From IMG/VR virus record IMGVR_UViG_3300045994_000055, positions 1 through 64,000 of that record: 64,000 bases of DNA; one strand, 5' to 3'. Position numbers and translations under genes: made by a program. This DNA is from a virus. The notes beneath the pieces are model-generated. The model worked only from the letters and a program-made list of their open reading frames with translations. It was not told the DNA's origin and did no database searches. Within the stretch, counting starts at the first letter, position 1, and each line of letters opens with the position of its first letter. Shown one piece after another: positions 1 to 7,593 of this stretch.

Positions 1-2
1 CA

Positions 3-329
3 AACCCTGATTTCCGTGAAGCATACGATGCAGAAACAAAGGCACGCAATGCAATGCATTATGACGAGTTTGAGGACTACAAGATTACTGACCTTGAAGT
101 GCAAGACGATTGGGAATCCAAGGCGTTTAGTATCTGCAACTACGCAGACTACGATGAAGGCATTCTCGTGCCACTAGACTTCACTGACGAAGAATTGCTA
201 CCTATCTTCAAACTTGCGCACGAAGCAAACATGTCTTTCAATGACTATGTATGCATGGCTCTACGCAGGCTCATTGACGAACGCAAATTGACAGAATGTG
301 ACAAGACCTGCGAAGGTTGCAAATGTTAA
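3..329 (+). CDS. Hypothetical protein, 5'-partial
   Basis: The frame of track ORF 54..329 stays open back to position 3 (NPDFREAYDAETKARNAMHY...), so the gene probably starts before the window. Confidence 0.7.
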   Translation, partial: NPDFREAYDAETKARNAMHYDEFEDYKITDLEVQDDWESKAFSICNYADYDEGILVPLDFTDEELLPIFKLAHEANMSFNDYVCMALRRLIDERKLTECDKTCEGCKC

Positions 330-673
330 GCACTGTTTACAGTAACTCGCCGTACATACAGGTGTCAGCGCCTGTATTGCCTTACATAACTCCAGGGCCA
401 ATGACAGGGCAAATGCGGTGGAATACACAAAACAACTGTGTGGAAGTTAGCAATGGTTCTGGCTGGCAGCAAATTGGCGGAGTGGCAAGTCTCAATGTAA
501 GCGCAGAGTTTAAACAGATTATGGAGTGGGCTAAGGAAGAGATGGCTAGATCCATCAAGATGAAACAGTTGGCAGATCAGTCGCCCACAGTAGCCGCAGC
601 ACTTGCAGACTATGAACTAGCCGCAGAGAAGTTAGCAGTTATTATGACATTAGCAGACAAGGAACTAGCATGA
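317..673 (+). CDS. Hypothetical phage protein
   Basis: 118-aa ORF in a tightly packed + strand run; stop overlaps the next start (ATGA). Confidence 0.7.
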   Translation: MQMLSTVYSNSPYIQVSAPVLPYITPGPMTGQMRWNTQNNCVEVSNGSGWQQIGGVASLNVSAEFKQIMEWAKEEMARSIKMKQLADQSPTVAAALADYELAAEKLAVIMTLADKELA

Positions 674-999
674 AGATTTTTCGCAAGTGGCTCCTAAAGT
701 GGGTGCAAAAAGCCAAGGATGAAGCTGACCGTGAGCAAAAGGTAGCAATGGAAGAGCCGATGAAGGCAAACTACGGCGCAACTATTGGCTCTGCTAACTA
801 TGCAACGGCAAAGGAAGATGTGCCTATGCGTATGAACTTCAATGTGATGCCAGCCATGGGCGGTGTAGTAATCAGCATAAATAATTATGACCGCAAGACC
901 GGTCGACACACTGAAAATCTACACGTCATTCACGATGACGAAGACGTCGCAACTAACATCGGACAAATTGTTTCTTTGGAGTTGCTGAAGTCACAATGA
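670..999 (+). CDS. Hypothetical phage protein
   Basis: 109-aa ORF, AAGGA upstream, ATGA overlaps on both sides. Confidence 0.75.
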   Translation: MKIFRKWLLKWVQKAKDEADREQKVAMEEPMKANYGATIGSANYATAKEDVPMRMNFNVMPAMGGVVISINNYDRKTGRHTENLHVIHDDEDVATNIGQIVSLELLKSQ

Positions 1000-1478
1000 A
1001 CACATTAACTGATATGATTGCTAAACCTGTCCTGAAGAATAAATTCTGGGTCGTCGAAGACAATGGTAAAAAGATTGCAACGATACAAGCTACTGACGTT
1101 GGCTTTGTATATGTGCACAACGATGAGCGTGAAAAGTTTCCGTCCATCAAAGGATTGAGCAAGAAGTATAACATCACTTTTGAAACTGTCAAGTTCAAAC
1201 CACCAAAGGAAGATTCACATCATTGTTATGGGTACCCCACTGTCGGCAAACCATACAATCAAATCTACGACGTCCAGCGCAAGATAGCAATATACACAAA
1301 GACCGCAAAGTCTCGGAGTTTATTTTGTGCAGGATACTTCGCCATTAAGTACAATGACTCATGGGCTAGTGAGTATTGCCCAAAAAATATTACCATCAAC
1401 AGGTATGAATTTGCTGGGCCGTTTAAAACAAAGACAGAATTAAAAGTCTTTCTAGACTCCAAGAAAGCGTGGCTATAA
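996..1478 (+). CDS. Hypothetical phage protein
   Basis: 160-aa ORF translationally coupled to its neighbours. Confidence 0.8.
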   Translation: MNTLTDMIAKPVLKNKFWVVEDNGKKIATIQATDVGFVYVHNDEREKFPSIKGLSKKYNITFETVKFKPPKEDSHHCYGYPTVGKPYNQIYDVQRKIAIYTKTAKSRSLFCAGYFAIKYNDSWASEYCPKNITINRYEFAGPFKTKTELKVFLDSKKAWL

Positions 1479-1693
1479 TGCAACTTACCATAGCAATGCA
1501 ATCCTTCAATGAGAAGGTGCGACAAATGAACCAAACGAACGGTAAACAGCTGGTTTTGAGTGCAGCAGAGGCAAGAAACCTGCATGTCGACCTTTATGCC
1601 CTACTCGCAGAAGTAACTGTCTTAGCTAGAAATGAGAAACCCGATGATGAAACAATGCAAATAAGCATGGATGGTGGCGGGTTTAAACAATAA
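1478..1693 (+). CDS. Hypothetical phage protein
   Basis: ATG at 1478 overlaps the upstream TAA (TAATG); ends MDGGGFKQ. Confidence 0.7.
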   Translation: MQLTIAMQSFNEKVRQMNQTNGKQLVLSAAEARNLHVDLYALLAEVTVLARNEKPDDETMQISMDGGGFKQ

Positions 1694-1716
1694 ATACATA
1701 TATAATTGCATAAATA
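1691..1716 (+). promoter_or_regulatory. Two TAAATA motifs, candidate late-type promoter
   Basis: TAAATA at 1691-1696 and 1711-1716 in an AT-rich gap; the same motif precedes the structural genes. Confidence 0.4.
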
Positions 1717-1737
1717 AGAGTGCAAGGAATATAATCA

Positions 1738-2025
1738 ATGTCGAGACCCAAGCCAACTGTTATTTTAGAAAACGTAAGTAAGACCACTTATAAGAGTGAT
1801 CAAGTGCTGTCATCTGACGGCATTTGGGCAGTGTTCTACGATGGTCAACCCGTTAACCTAAAGTCATCGCATTCGCTGGTCGCTTACCCTGGTCCGAAAT
1901 ATAAAAAGTCAGCCTTCTCAAATCCAGGCCATGCTATCAACTTGGCAAAGAAGCTCAATGTTCAGTTCAAGACAGACAAGTTTACTGTCATACTGTTGAA
2001 GCAAGGTGACCAAGTCTATCCATGA
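1738..2025 (+). CDS. Hypothetical phage protein (MSRPKP...)
   Basis: 95-aa basic ORF with AAGGA RBS. Confidence 0.8.
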   Translation: MSRPKPTVILENVSKTTYKSDQVLSSDGIWAVFYDGQPVNLKSSHSLVAYPGPKYKKSAFSNPGHAINLAKKLNVQFKTDKFTVILLKQGDQVYP

Positions 2026-2374
2026 CCCGCAGCTAGAGTGGATTAAAACATTCATGGCATCGTTAGTGGATTGCCCCCTAACGTTACAGCAGGGCAGAGT
2101 GCATTGGTGGGTCAATCCGTCAAACCACAATAGTCTAAGGCTGGCGGGCAAGGCTTATATGTGGTTAAAGAAGTACACACAGATTCCGCATTGGCAGATT
2201 CCAATTAACGCTGACATTTCAAGCAAGCAAGTGATACAGTTAGAGCGAGTATTTAAGAGTCCGTATTACTTGCATAACTCGTTAAACATAACTTTGCTGG
2301 GTGAGGAAGATGTCGTCATGCTGCAACTACATGCAGGGGATCTGGGCACGTACCTAAACAATTTACAACAATGA
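2006..2374 (+). CDS. Hypothetical phage protein
   Basis: 122-aa ORF filling the gap; ATGA-coupled to the next gene. Confidence 0.7.
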   Translation: MTKSIHDPQLEWIKTFMASLVDCPLTLQQGRVHWWVNPSNHNSLRLAGKAYMWLKKYTQIPHWQIPINADISSKQVIQLERVFKSPYYLHNSLNITLLGEEDVVMLQLHAGDLGTYLNNLQQ

Positions 2375-3516
2375 CACAATTTACAAGTAGAATAATTCCT
2401 CTAGTAGACGTAAACAATCCCGCATACAAAAACAGAACTCCACTCACAAGGGCAGACGTTCCTAAAGAGCATCAATGGAATTTTGTTCAGCGTAAGATGA
2501 ATTTTGAAAAGGATCTTGGCTTACAAGGTCTCTACTGTTTTCACCCCTTCAACACGATAACGGTTGACCAACTTGGCGATGTGTATATGTGCACTTGCCA
2601 AGCAGACTTACCTATACCTGTTGGTAAGATATGGGACTTTGAATCGTTGGATGACATAGGGCGTTCGCCTATTGCACGTGAGTTGCAGGCAAGCATATTG
2701 GATGGTACATACAAGTATTGTAACGGCGACAACTGCGGTCTCATTCGTGGCAAGGTATTGAGTCCTGTAATCAGTCACAAGCCAGACACTATTAACTGGA
2801 TAAATTTTGCGCTTGATGCCAGCTGCAATTTAACTTGCCCGTCGTGTCGCAAAGAGTTTATCTTCCTTAACGAAGGACCAGAGTATGATCTACGCATACG
2901 CATGGTCAACCATCTTGTTAAACTCATTGAGAAACACAACCATTGGATTAAGTTCTCCATAAGCAATGATGGCGATCCGTTTGCATCATTAGTCTATCGC
3001 GACTTGCTGTCTAAGCTAAAAATTAAAGGCATGCCTGTTGAAATAGAGATTGTTACTAACGGCATCCTTGCCAAAGCTCACTGGCACAAGATGGAGGGTA
3101 TTCACTCTAACGTCGTTGGCTTTAAGGTCAGCATGGATGCAGGTACTCCTGAAACGTATGCAGTAACACGTCGTGGTGGTTCGTGGGACAAACTCATTGA
3201 GAGCATCAAGTTCATTGCTCAGTGGAAGAAGGATAACAACTCACAAATGGAACTCACTGCGAGCTTTGTTGTGCAGAATGCTAACTACAAGGACATGGTT
3301 GCTTACGTTGAGCTGTGCGACTCGTTGGGCTTTGACCACATCAACATGTCACGCATACAGAACTGGGGTACGTTTGACAACTTTGCGCAAGAAGCAGTGT
3401 GGGACGAAAACCATATAAACTATACAGACTTTTTAACGTGCCTCAATGACCCAGTGCTCAAAAATCCCAAAGTAAATCTAACAAATTTGATTGATTTGAC
3501 AGACAAATCCATTTAA
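2371..3516 (+). CDS. Radical SAM protein with N-terminal SPASM/twitch-like Cys cluster
   Basis: CNLTCPSC (CxxxCxxC); N-terminal YCFHPF...GDVYMCTC...C..C; TNG, SMDAG and RRGG motifs. Confidence 0.9.
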   Translation: MTQFTSRIIPLVDVNNPAYKNRTPLTRADVPKEHQWNFVQRKMNFEKDLGLQGLYCFHPFNTITVDQLGDVYMCTCQADLPIPVGKIWDFESLDDIGRSPIARELQASILDGTYKYCNGDNCGLIRGKVLSPVISHKPDTINWINFALDASCNLTCPSCRKEFIFLNEGPEYDLRIRMVNHLVKLIEKHNHWIKFSISNDGDPFASLVYRDLLSKLKIKGMPVEIEIVTNGILAKAHWHKMEGIHSNVVGFKVSMDAGTPETYAVTRRGGSWDKLIESIKFIAQWKKDNNSQMELTASFVVQNANYKDMVAYVELCDSLGFDHINMSRIQNWGTFDNFAQEAVWDENHINYTDFLTCLNDPVLKNPKVNLTNLIDLTDKSI

Positions 3517-3524
3517 TATACAAT
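3496..3524 (+). promoter_or_regulatory. Sigma70-type early promoter, cassette copy 1
   Basis: TTGACA-17 nt-TACAAT; spacer contains AAATCCATTTAAT. Confidence 0.85.
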
Positions 3525-3545
3525 GGTTGTATTAAATGATTAAGG

Positions 3546-4766
3546 ATGTTTATGCCTGCGCAAGCGTTAAGTTTGGTTCCCGCAAATTCCCTCAAGAAAA
3601 AGCTCACTGTGCTTACGTATGCGCAGACGCAAAACAAGAAATACGAATCCGTAATTGACGATTACGTCAATGTCCCAGAGCGTATCAATGCGCTCAGCGC
3701 AAAGCGCCCTGACTTGCTCGCAATCTTCAAAGAGTTTGCGCAGGAGTTCTTGGAGCGTTTCCCCTTTAAAACGTACGAAGAGATGACTAAGTCCATGGTT
3801 GGGCTTGGCAAGCAAGGGTACGAGAACATCCTGGATCTTGATATCAACGTTACGATGCAACGGGATCTGGACGGCGATTGGCTTGTCACATTGATGGGCA
3901 CGTTTGATCCCATCCTTGTTAATGCTGTCCGTGCATACCGTGATCCAGACCGCACTGACGGTGGCAAAGCTCGTCTTATTGCATGGGACGGCCAACATAC
4001 CACCATGCTGCTTTACCTAATTGCAGTGTACGGTTTTGGTTACGAACCCAAGGACGTCAAGGTTCCCGTAAGCGAATACCCAGGGCACGATCGTGCCTCC
4101 ATCCGCCGTCAATTCGTGTATTACAATAGCGGCGCAGGTTCTAAGAAGCTTGACGCAATTGATTTGTTCATGCAATACGTGTATGGCTACAACCACGACG
4201 GCGACCGCGGCGAGATGCACATTCGCTGCCACGAGATTCAAGCCCTTGCTGAAAAGTATGGCATGTTTTTGACTGACGAGAAGTTTGGCGATCAAAACGA
4301 AGATGGCGCTGTGTCCCGCTTGTCAGAAATCATGAACAAGAACTACAGCGTCGCAGTGATTGACAAGGTGTTTTATTACCACACTGTGTCCAAGAAGAAA
4401 GAAAGCAAGTCCCGCCCAATGTATGCATTGGAGATTGACAACCTTGCTCACTACTTCAAGGCCTGCGAAGATCAGTCCATTATGATTGATTATGCTTACA
4501 TTGACGGCATGGTTGCAGTACTCAGCAAAGTCACTGACAATACGTGGCACGTGGGCAGCAAGAAACACAAAATGGTTATCACTGCATACGGCAACTGGTT
4601 CAAGGCTGCACAATCCAAAGGCACCATCCTAAGTAGCGAGAAGCCACGGTGCAACCAAACAGAAGTTGCTCCTGTGTGGCTTAGCCAAGTCTTGGTGCGT
4701 CACGCTAAAGCATCAGTACCGACGTTTACGCAAAGCTTCAAATTTGCAGCAAAGGACTTGGGTTAA
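3546..4766 (+). CDS. ParB/Srx-like (DGQH-motif) domain protein
   Basis: 406 aa; 'MQRDLD' and 'LIAWDGQHT' resemble the QR...DGQHR signature of ParB-like/DGQHR domains. Confidence 0.65.
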   Translation: MFMPAQALSLVPANSLKKKLTVLTYAQTQNKKYESVIDDYVNVPERINALSAKRPDLLAIFKEFAQEFLERFPFKTYEEMTKSMVGLGKQGYENILDLDINVTMQRDLDGDWLVTLMGTFDPILVNAVRAYRDPDRTDGGKARLIAWDGQHTTMLLYLIAVYGFGYEPKDVKVPVSEYPGHDRASIRRQFVYYNSGAGSKKLDAIDLFMQYVYGYNHDGDRGEMHIRCHEIQALAEKYGMFLTDEKFGDQNEDGAVSRLSEIMNKNYSVAVIDKVFYYHTVSKKKESKSRPMYALEIDNLAHYFKACEDQSIMIDYAYIDGMVAVLSKVTDNTWHVGSKKHKMVITAYGNWFKAAQSKGTILSSEKPRCNQTEVAPVWLSQVLVRHAKASVPTFTQSFKFAAKDLG

Positions 4767-4767
4767 T

Positions 4768-5232
4768 ATGTTCCGCGATTTTAAAAAAGACGAACTCAAA
4801 AGTTCAGCTGAAATCTTCAAGGCTGCGAAAATGAAATGTGTCAACTGCGGCGACCCTGTTACTAAGTACAAGGGCCCAGGTGATTCCACACTTTGCCGCA
4901 AGCACCAGAAAAACCTCGTTGAGTATGGCGGCACTGGCAAAGTTGGTGTTGATCACTCCCACTCACGTGGCAAGGTGTGTGTATGCTGCGGCTATGACCC
5001 GCAAGCAGATCAGGCAATCATTGATGCTGCAAACGGCGACGCAGTCGTGCTAAATCAAATTTTGCGGAAGCTCATTCACGTTGACCACATTGATGGCGAT
5101 CACGAGAATAACGATCCGTCCAATCACCAAACACTGTGCTATAAGTGCCACGCAATCAAAACGATTATCAACAAAGATTACTTGCCCAAATCTCTGCGTC
5201 CAAGATTCTTGGCAGAGGAATTTGACGAGTAA
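4768..5232 (+). CDS. Zinc-finger HNH endonuclease
   Basis: CxxC pairs and HVDHIDGDHENNDPSNHQTLCYKCH; likely start is ATG 4768, one base after the upstream stop. Confidence 0.85.
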   Translation: MFRDFKKDELKSSAEIFKAAKMKCVNCGDPVTKYKGPGDSTLCRKHQKNLVEYGGTGKVGVDHSHSRGKVCVCCGYDPQADQAIIDAANGDAVVLNQILRKLIHVDHIDGDHENNDPSNHQTLCYKCHAIKTIINKDYLPKSLRPRFLAEEFDE

Positions 5233-5250
5233 ATCCACTTAATGTACAAT
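5222..5250 (+). promoter_or_regulatory. Sigma70-type early promoter, cassette copy 2
   Basis: TTGACG-17 nt-TACAAT; spacer AGTAAATCCACTTAATG. Confidence 0.85.
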
Positions 5251-5275
5251 GATAGCTTATTAATTAGGGGTGATT

Positions 5276-5656
5276 ATGAGCTTGTTCCGTCCAACCTGTA
5301 TCAACCACGGCTGTAACGAGCCAGTCACATTCCAACGAACTAACGCTGACGGATCAAAACGGTGGCGTGTCCATTGTGGACATTGTCAAAAGGCAAGCTA
5401 TGGTAAAGTAGAGCATCGTGACGGTGTTACGCCCTATAAAACTGGAAAATGCGCAAACCAAAATGGGCACCTTAAATTCAAGTGCCCAACAAGTTACAGG
5501 CGTGGCAGCGTGGCATTTGGCATCACTGAAGTTGACCACATTGATGGTGACCATTGCAATAATGCACATTCTAATTTGGATGAACTGTGCCCAATTTGTC
5601 ACAAAGAAAAAGGCAAGCGTGAGGGAGACCACAATAACCAAAAGCACTTTGCGTAA
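5276..5656 (+). CDS. Zinc-finger HNH endonuclease
   Basis: EVDHIDGDHCNNAHSNLDELCPICH; N-terminal Cys pairs; AGGGGTG before ATG 5276. Confidence 0.85.
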   Translation: MSLFRPTCINHGCNEPVTFQRTNADGSKRWRVHCGHCQKASYGKVEHRDGVTPYKTGKCANQNGHLKFKCPTSYRRGSVAFGITEVDHIDGDHCNNAHSNLDELCPICHKEKGKREGDHNNQKHFA

Positions 5657-5657
5657 T

Positions 5658-5686
5658 TTGACGCTTAATTGATCTTAATATACAAT
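5658..5686 (+). promoter_or_regulatory. Sigma70-type early promoter, cassette copy 3
   Basis: TTGACG-17 nt-TACAAT. Confidence 0.85.
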
Positions 5687-5692
5687 GACAGC

Positions 5693-5884
5693 ATGAACAC
5701 TAAAATCCGTACTGTACTCAGCGACATTGCTCGCAAAGAAATGGGCATTGAAACGCTGGAAACCCAACGCTCTGACCGCTTGGATTTTCATGAAGTTGCA
5801 GTGTGGACCATACTAAATGCTCTTGAAGCCGCATACTTGCAAGGCTTGAAGGACGCAAAGGATTTGACGATTAAATCCACTTAA
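5693..5884 (+). CDS. Small protein, DUF6900-like
   Basis: ETLETQRSDRLDFHEVAVW...ALEAAY motif recalled as DUF6900; ATG 6 nt after the -10 box. Confidence 0.7.
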   Translation: MNTKIRTVLSDIARKEMGIETLETQRSDRLDFHEVAVWTILNALEAAYLQGLKDAKDLTIKST

Positions 5885-5892
5885 TGTACAAT
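5864..5892 (+). promoter_or_regulatory. Sigma70-type early promoter, cassette copy 4
   Basis: TTGACG-17 nt-TACAAT; one mismatch to copy 2. Confidence 0.85.
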
Positions 5893-5936
5893 AGTGGCTT
5901 AGTAAGTTAGTTAACAGATTTTAAAGGAGTTAGTAA

Positions 5937-7055
5937 ATGGCTACACAAGGAACCGGCGCTTTGACAGACACCATCACCGTCACGCCCAATGAGGCTCGCA
6001 GTCGCGTCCTCCGTGCATTCAAGGCAAAGCGCCCTGTTTTCCTCTGGGGCCCTCCCGGAGTTGGTAAGTCCGAAGTCATTACAGACCTCGGTGCAGAACT
6101 TGGTGGCTACGTGGTTGACCTGCGTCTGTCCCAAATGGAACCCACTGACCTGCGTGGTATCCCGTTTTACAACAAAGAAATTGGCAAAATGGATTGGGCT
6201 CCCCCAATTGACTTGCCTGACGAAGAACTGTGCTCGCAGTATCCTATCGTTATCCTGTTCCTGGATGAAATGAACTCTGCCGCTCCTTCCGTGCAAGCCG
6301 CAGCATACCAGCTGACACTGGGACGCCGTATTGGTAAGTACCGCCTGCCAGACAACGTCGTGATTGTTGCTGCTGGTAACCGCGAAAGCGACAAGGGTGT
6401 GACATATCGTATGCCCACTCCGCTGGCAAACCGTTTCGTCCACTTGGAAGTGCGCCCTGACTTTGAGTCCTGGTTTACTTGGGCTGTCAACAAAGGCGTG
6501 CACAAGGACGTCGTGGGTTACTTGAGCTTTGCCAAGAACGACATGTTTGGCTTTGACCCCCGCTCTGCTTCCCGTGCATTCAACACACCGCGTACCTGGG
6601 TTTTCACTTCGGACTTCCTGTTTGACGAAGACGCTACTGACGCTGAACTGCGCGACTTGATCGCTGGTACTATCGGCGACGGCTTGTCCAAGAAGTTTAT
6701 GGCTCACCGTAAGGTGTCCGCAGACATGCCAAAGCCTGAAGATGTGCTGGCTGGCCGCGTGAAGGAACTGAAGGTCAAGGAAATCAGCGCCATGTACTCG
6801 CTGACAATTTCCATGTGCTACGAGTTGCAAGATAACTTCAAGAAGCTGGGCAAGGAAAAGATTAGCGACTGGCATGCCCAGGCAGACAACTTCCTGCGTT
6901 TCATGATGGACAATTTCACAACGGAACTGGTTGTGATGGGTACACGGGTTGCGCTGACCACTTACAACCTGCCAATGATCCCAGGCAAGATGAAGAACTT
7001 TAACGAGTTCCACCAACGCTTCGGCAAGTACATTGTCGCAGCATCCGGCAAGTAA
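5937..7055 (+). CDS. MoxR-like AAA+ ATPase (AAA_5 type)
   Basis: Walker A GPPGVGKS, Walker B LFLDEMN, sensor AAGNR, Arg finger LANRF; AAAGGAG RBS. Confidence 0.93.
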   Translation: MATQGTGALTDTITVTPNEARSRVLRAFKAKRPVFLWGPPGVGKSEVITDLGAELGGYVVDLRLSQMEPTDLRGIPFYNKEIGKMDWAPPIDLPDEELCSQYPIVILFLDEMNSAAPSVQAAAYQLTLGRRIGKYRLPDNVVIVAAGNRESDKGVTYRMPTPLANRFVHLEVRPDFESWFTWAVNKGVHKDVVGYLSFAKNDMFGFDPRSASRAFNTPRTWVFTSDFLFDEDATDAELRDLIAGTIGDGLSKKFMAHRKVSADMPKPEDVLAGRVKELKVKEISAMYSLTISMCYELQDNFKKLGKEKISDWHAQADNFLRFMMDNFTTELVVMGTRVALTTYNLPMIPGKMKNFNEFHQRFGKYIVAASGK

Positions 7056-7067
7056 CCTAAAATAGGT

Positions 7068-7089
7068 AACGGGGCTTCGGCCCCGTTTT
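7068..7089 (+). terminator. Rho-independent terminator with cUUCGg tetraloop
   Basis: AACGGGGC-TTCG-GCCCCGTT followed by TT, 13 nt after the ATPase stop. Confidence 0.85.
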
Positions 7090-7094
7090 GCATT

Positions 7095-7304
7095 ATGGAC
7101 TACGATTACGATTACGAAATGCGGATTACTGATCCTGCTTATGTGGTTGAAGTAGGCATGGAACGCGATACAATGCGTGTCGCTCAAGAAATGATGGACA
7201 CGTTGGGCGTTAGAGGAATTGCGATCGTAGGCAGACTGTGCTTTTTCAATATGCAGGACATGCGCCAATTTATGTTTTACTGGAAAGCAAATGGACCAAT
7301 TTGA
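7095..7304 (+). CDS. Hypothetical protein
   Basis: 69-aa ORF between the terminator and the next ORF. Confidence 0.55.
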   Translation: MDYDYDYEMRITDPAYVVEVGMERDTMRVAQEMMDTLGVRGIAIVGRLCFFNMQDMRQFMFYWKANGPI

Positions 7305-7551
7305 TGAGGTGTGGCAGACGGAGAACCAAGGTCCAATCCAGGTGCGGGACATGAAGCGTTCGCACGTTCGTAATTCTCTCCAGTGGGTATTGCGCAGACA
7401 GGACCGCACTGTGCTTGGTACTGAGTTTGATAATTTTGATGATGTTGATGCCGGCGGACCGTACAATCAAAAGGACAAGGACGGACTGTATTACAGGGAC
7501 TGGATCGCGATTTTCACTGCACGCCTGCTTGACCCGTCGCTTGACGAATAA
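7291..7551 (+). CDS. Hypothetical protein
   Basis: 86-aa ORF ending inside the next promoter cassette. Confidence 0.65.
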   Translation: MDQFDEVWQTENQGPIQVRDMKRSHVRNSLQWVLRRQDRTVLGTEFDNFDDVDAGGPYNQKDKDGLYYRDWIAIFTARLLDPSLDE

Positions 7552-7569
7552 ATCATCTTAATATATAAT
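7541..7569 (+). promoter_or_regulatory. Sigma70-type early promoter, cassette copy 5
   Basis: TTGACG-17 nt-TATAAT; spacer AATAAATCATCTTAATA. Confidence 0.85.
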
Positions 7570-7593
7570 AGTGATAACAAATAAGGAAAGCTA

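Noticed and set aside
4666-4767. Track's longer N-termini for several ORFs (4666, 5669, 13914, 34406)
   Set aside because: They overlap upstream genes or promoters; downstream starts (4768, 5693, 13953, 34340) fit coupling or RBS better.
7098-7118. GACTAC/GATTAC short tandem repeat (MDYDYDYE)
   Set aside because: Only about three imperfect in-frame units; too short to support phase variation.
5907-7466. 519-aa ORF on the - strand
   Set aside because: Antisense shadow of the codon-biased AAA+ ATPase gene; no motifs, and it crosses a terminator.
3496-7569. Repeated ~30-bp sequences as a CRISPR array
   Set aside because: Spacing is 200-1700 bp with whole genes between copies; the repeats match promoter consensus; no cas genes.
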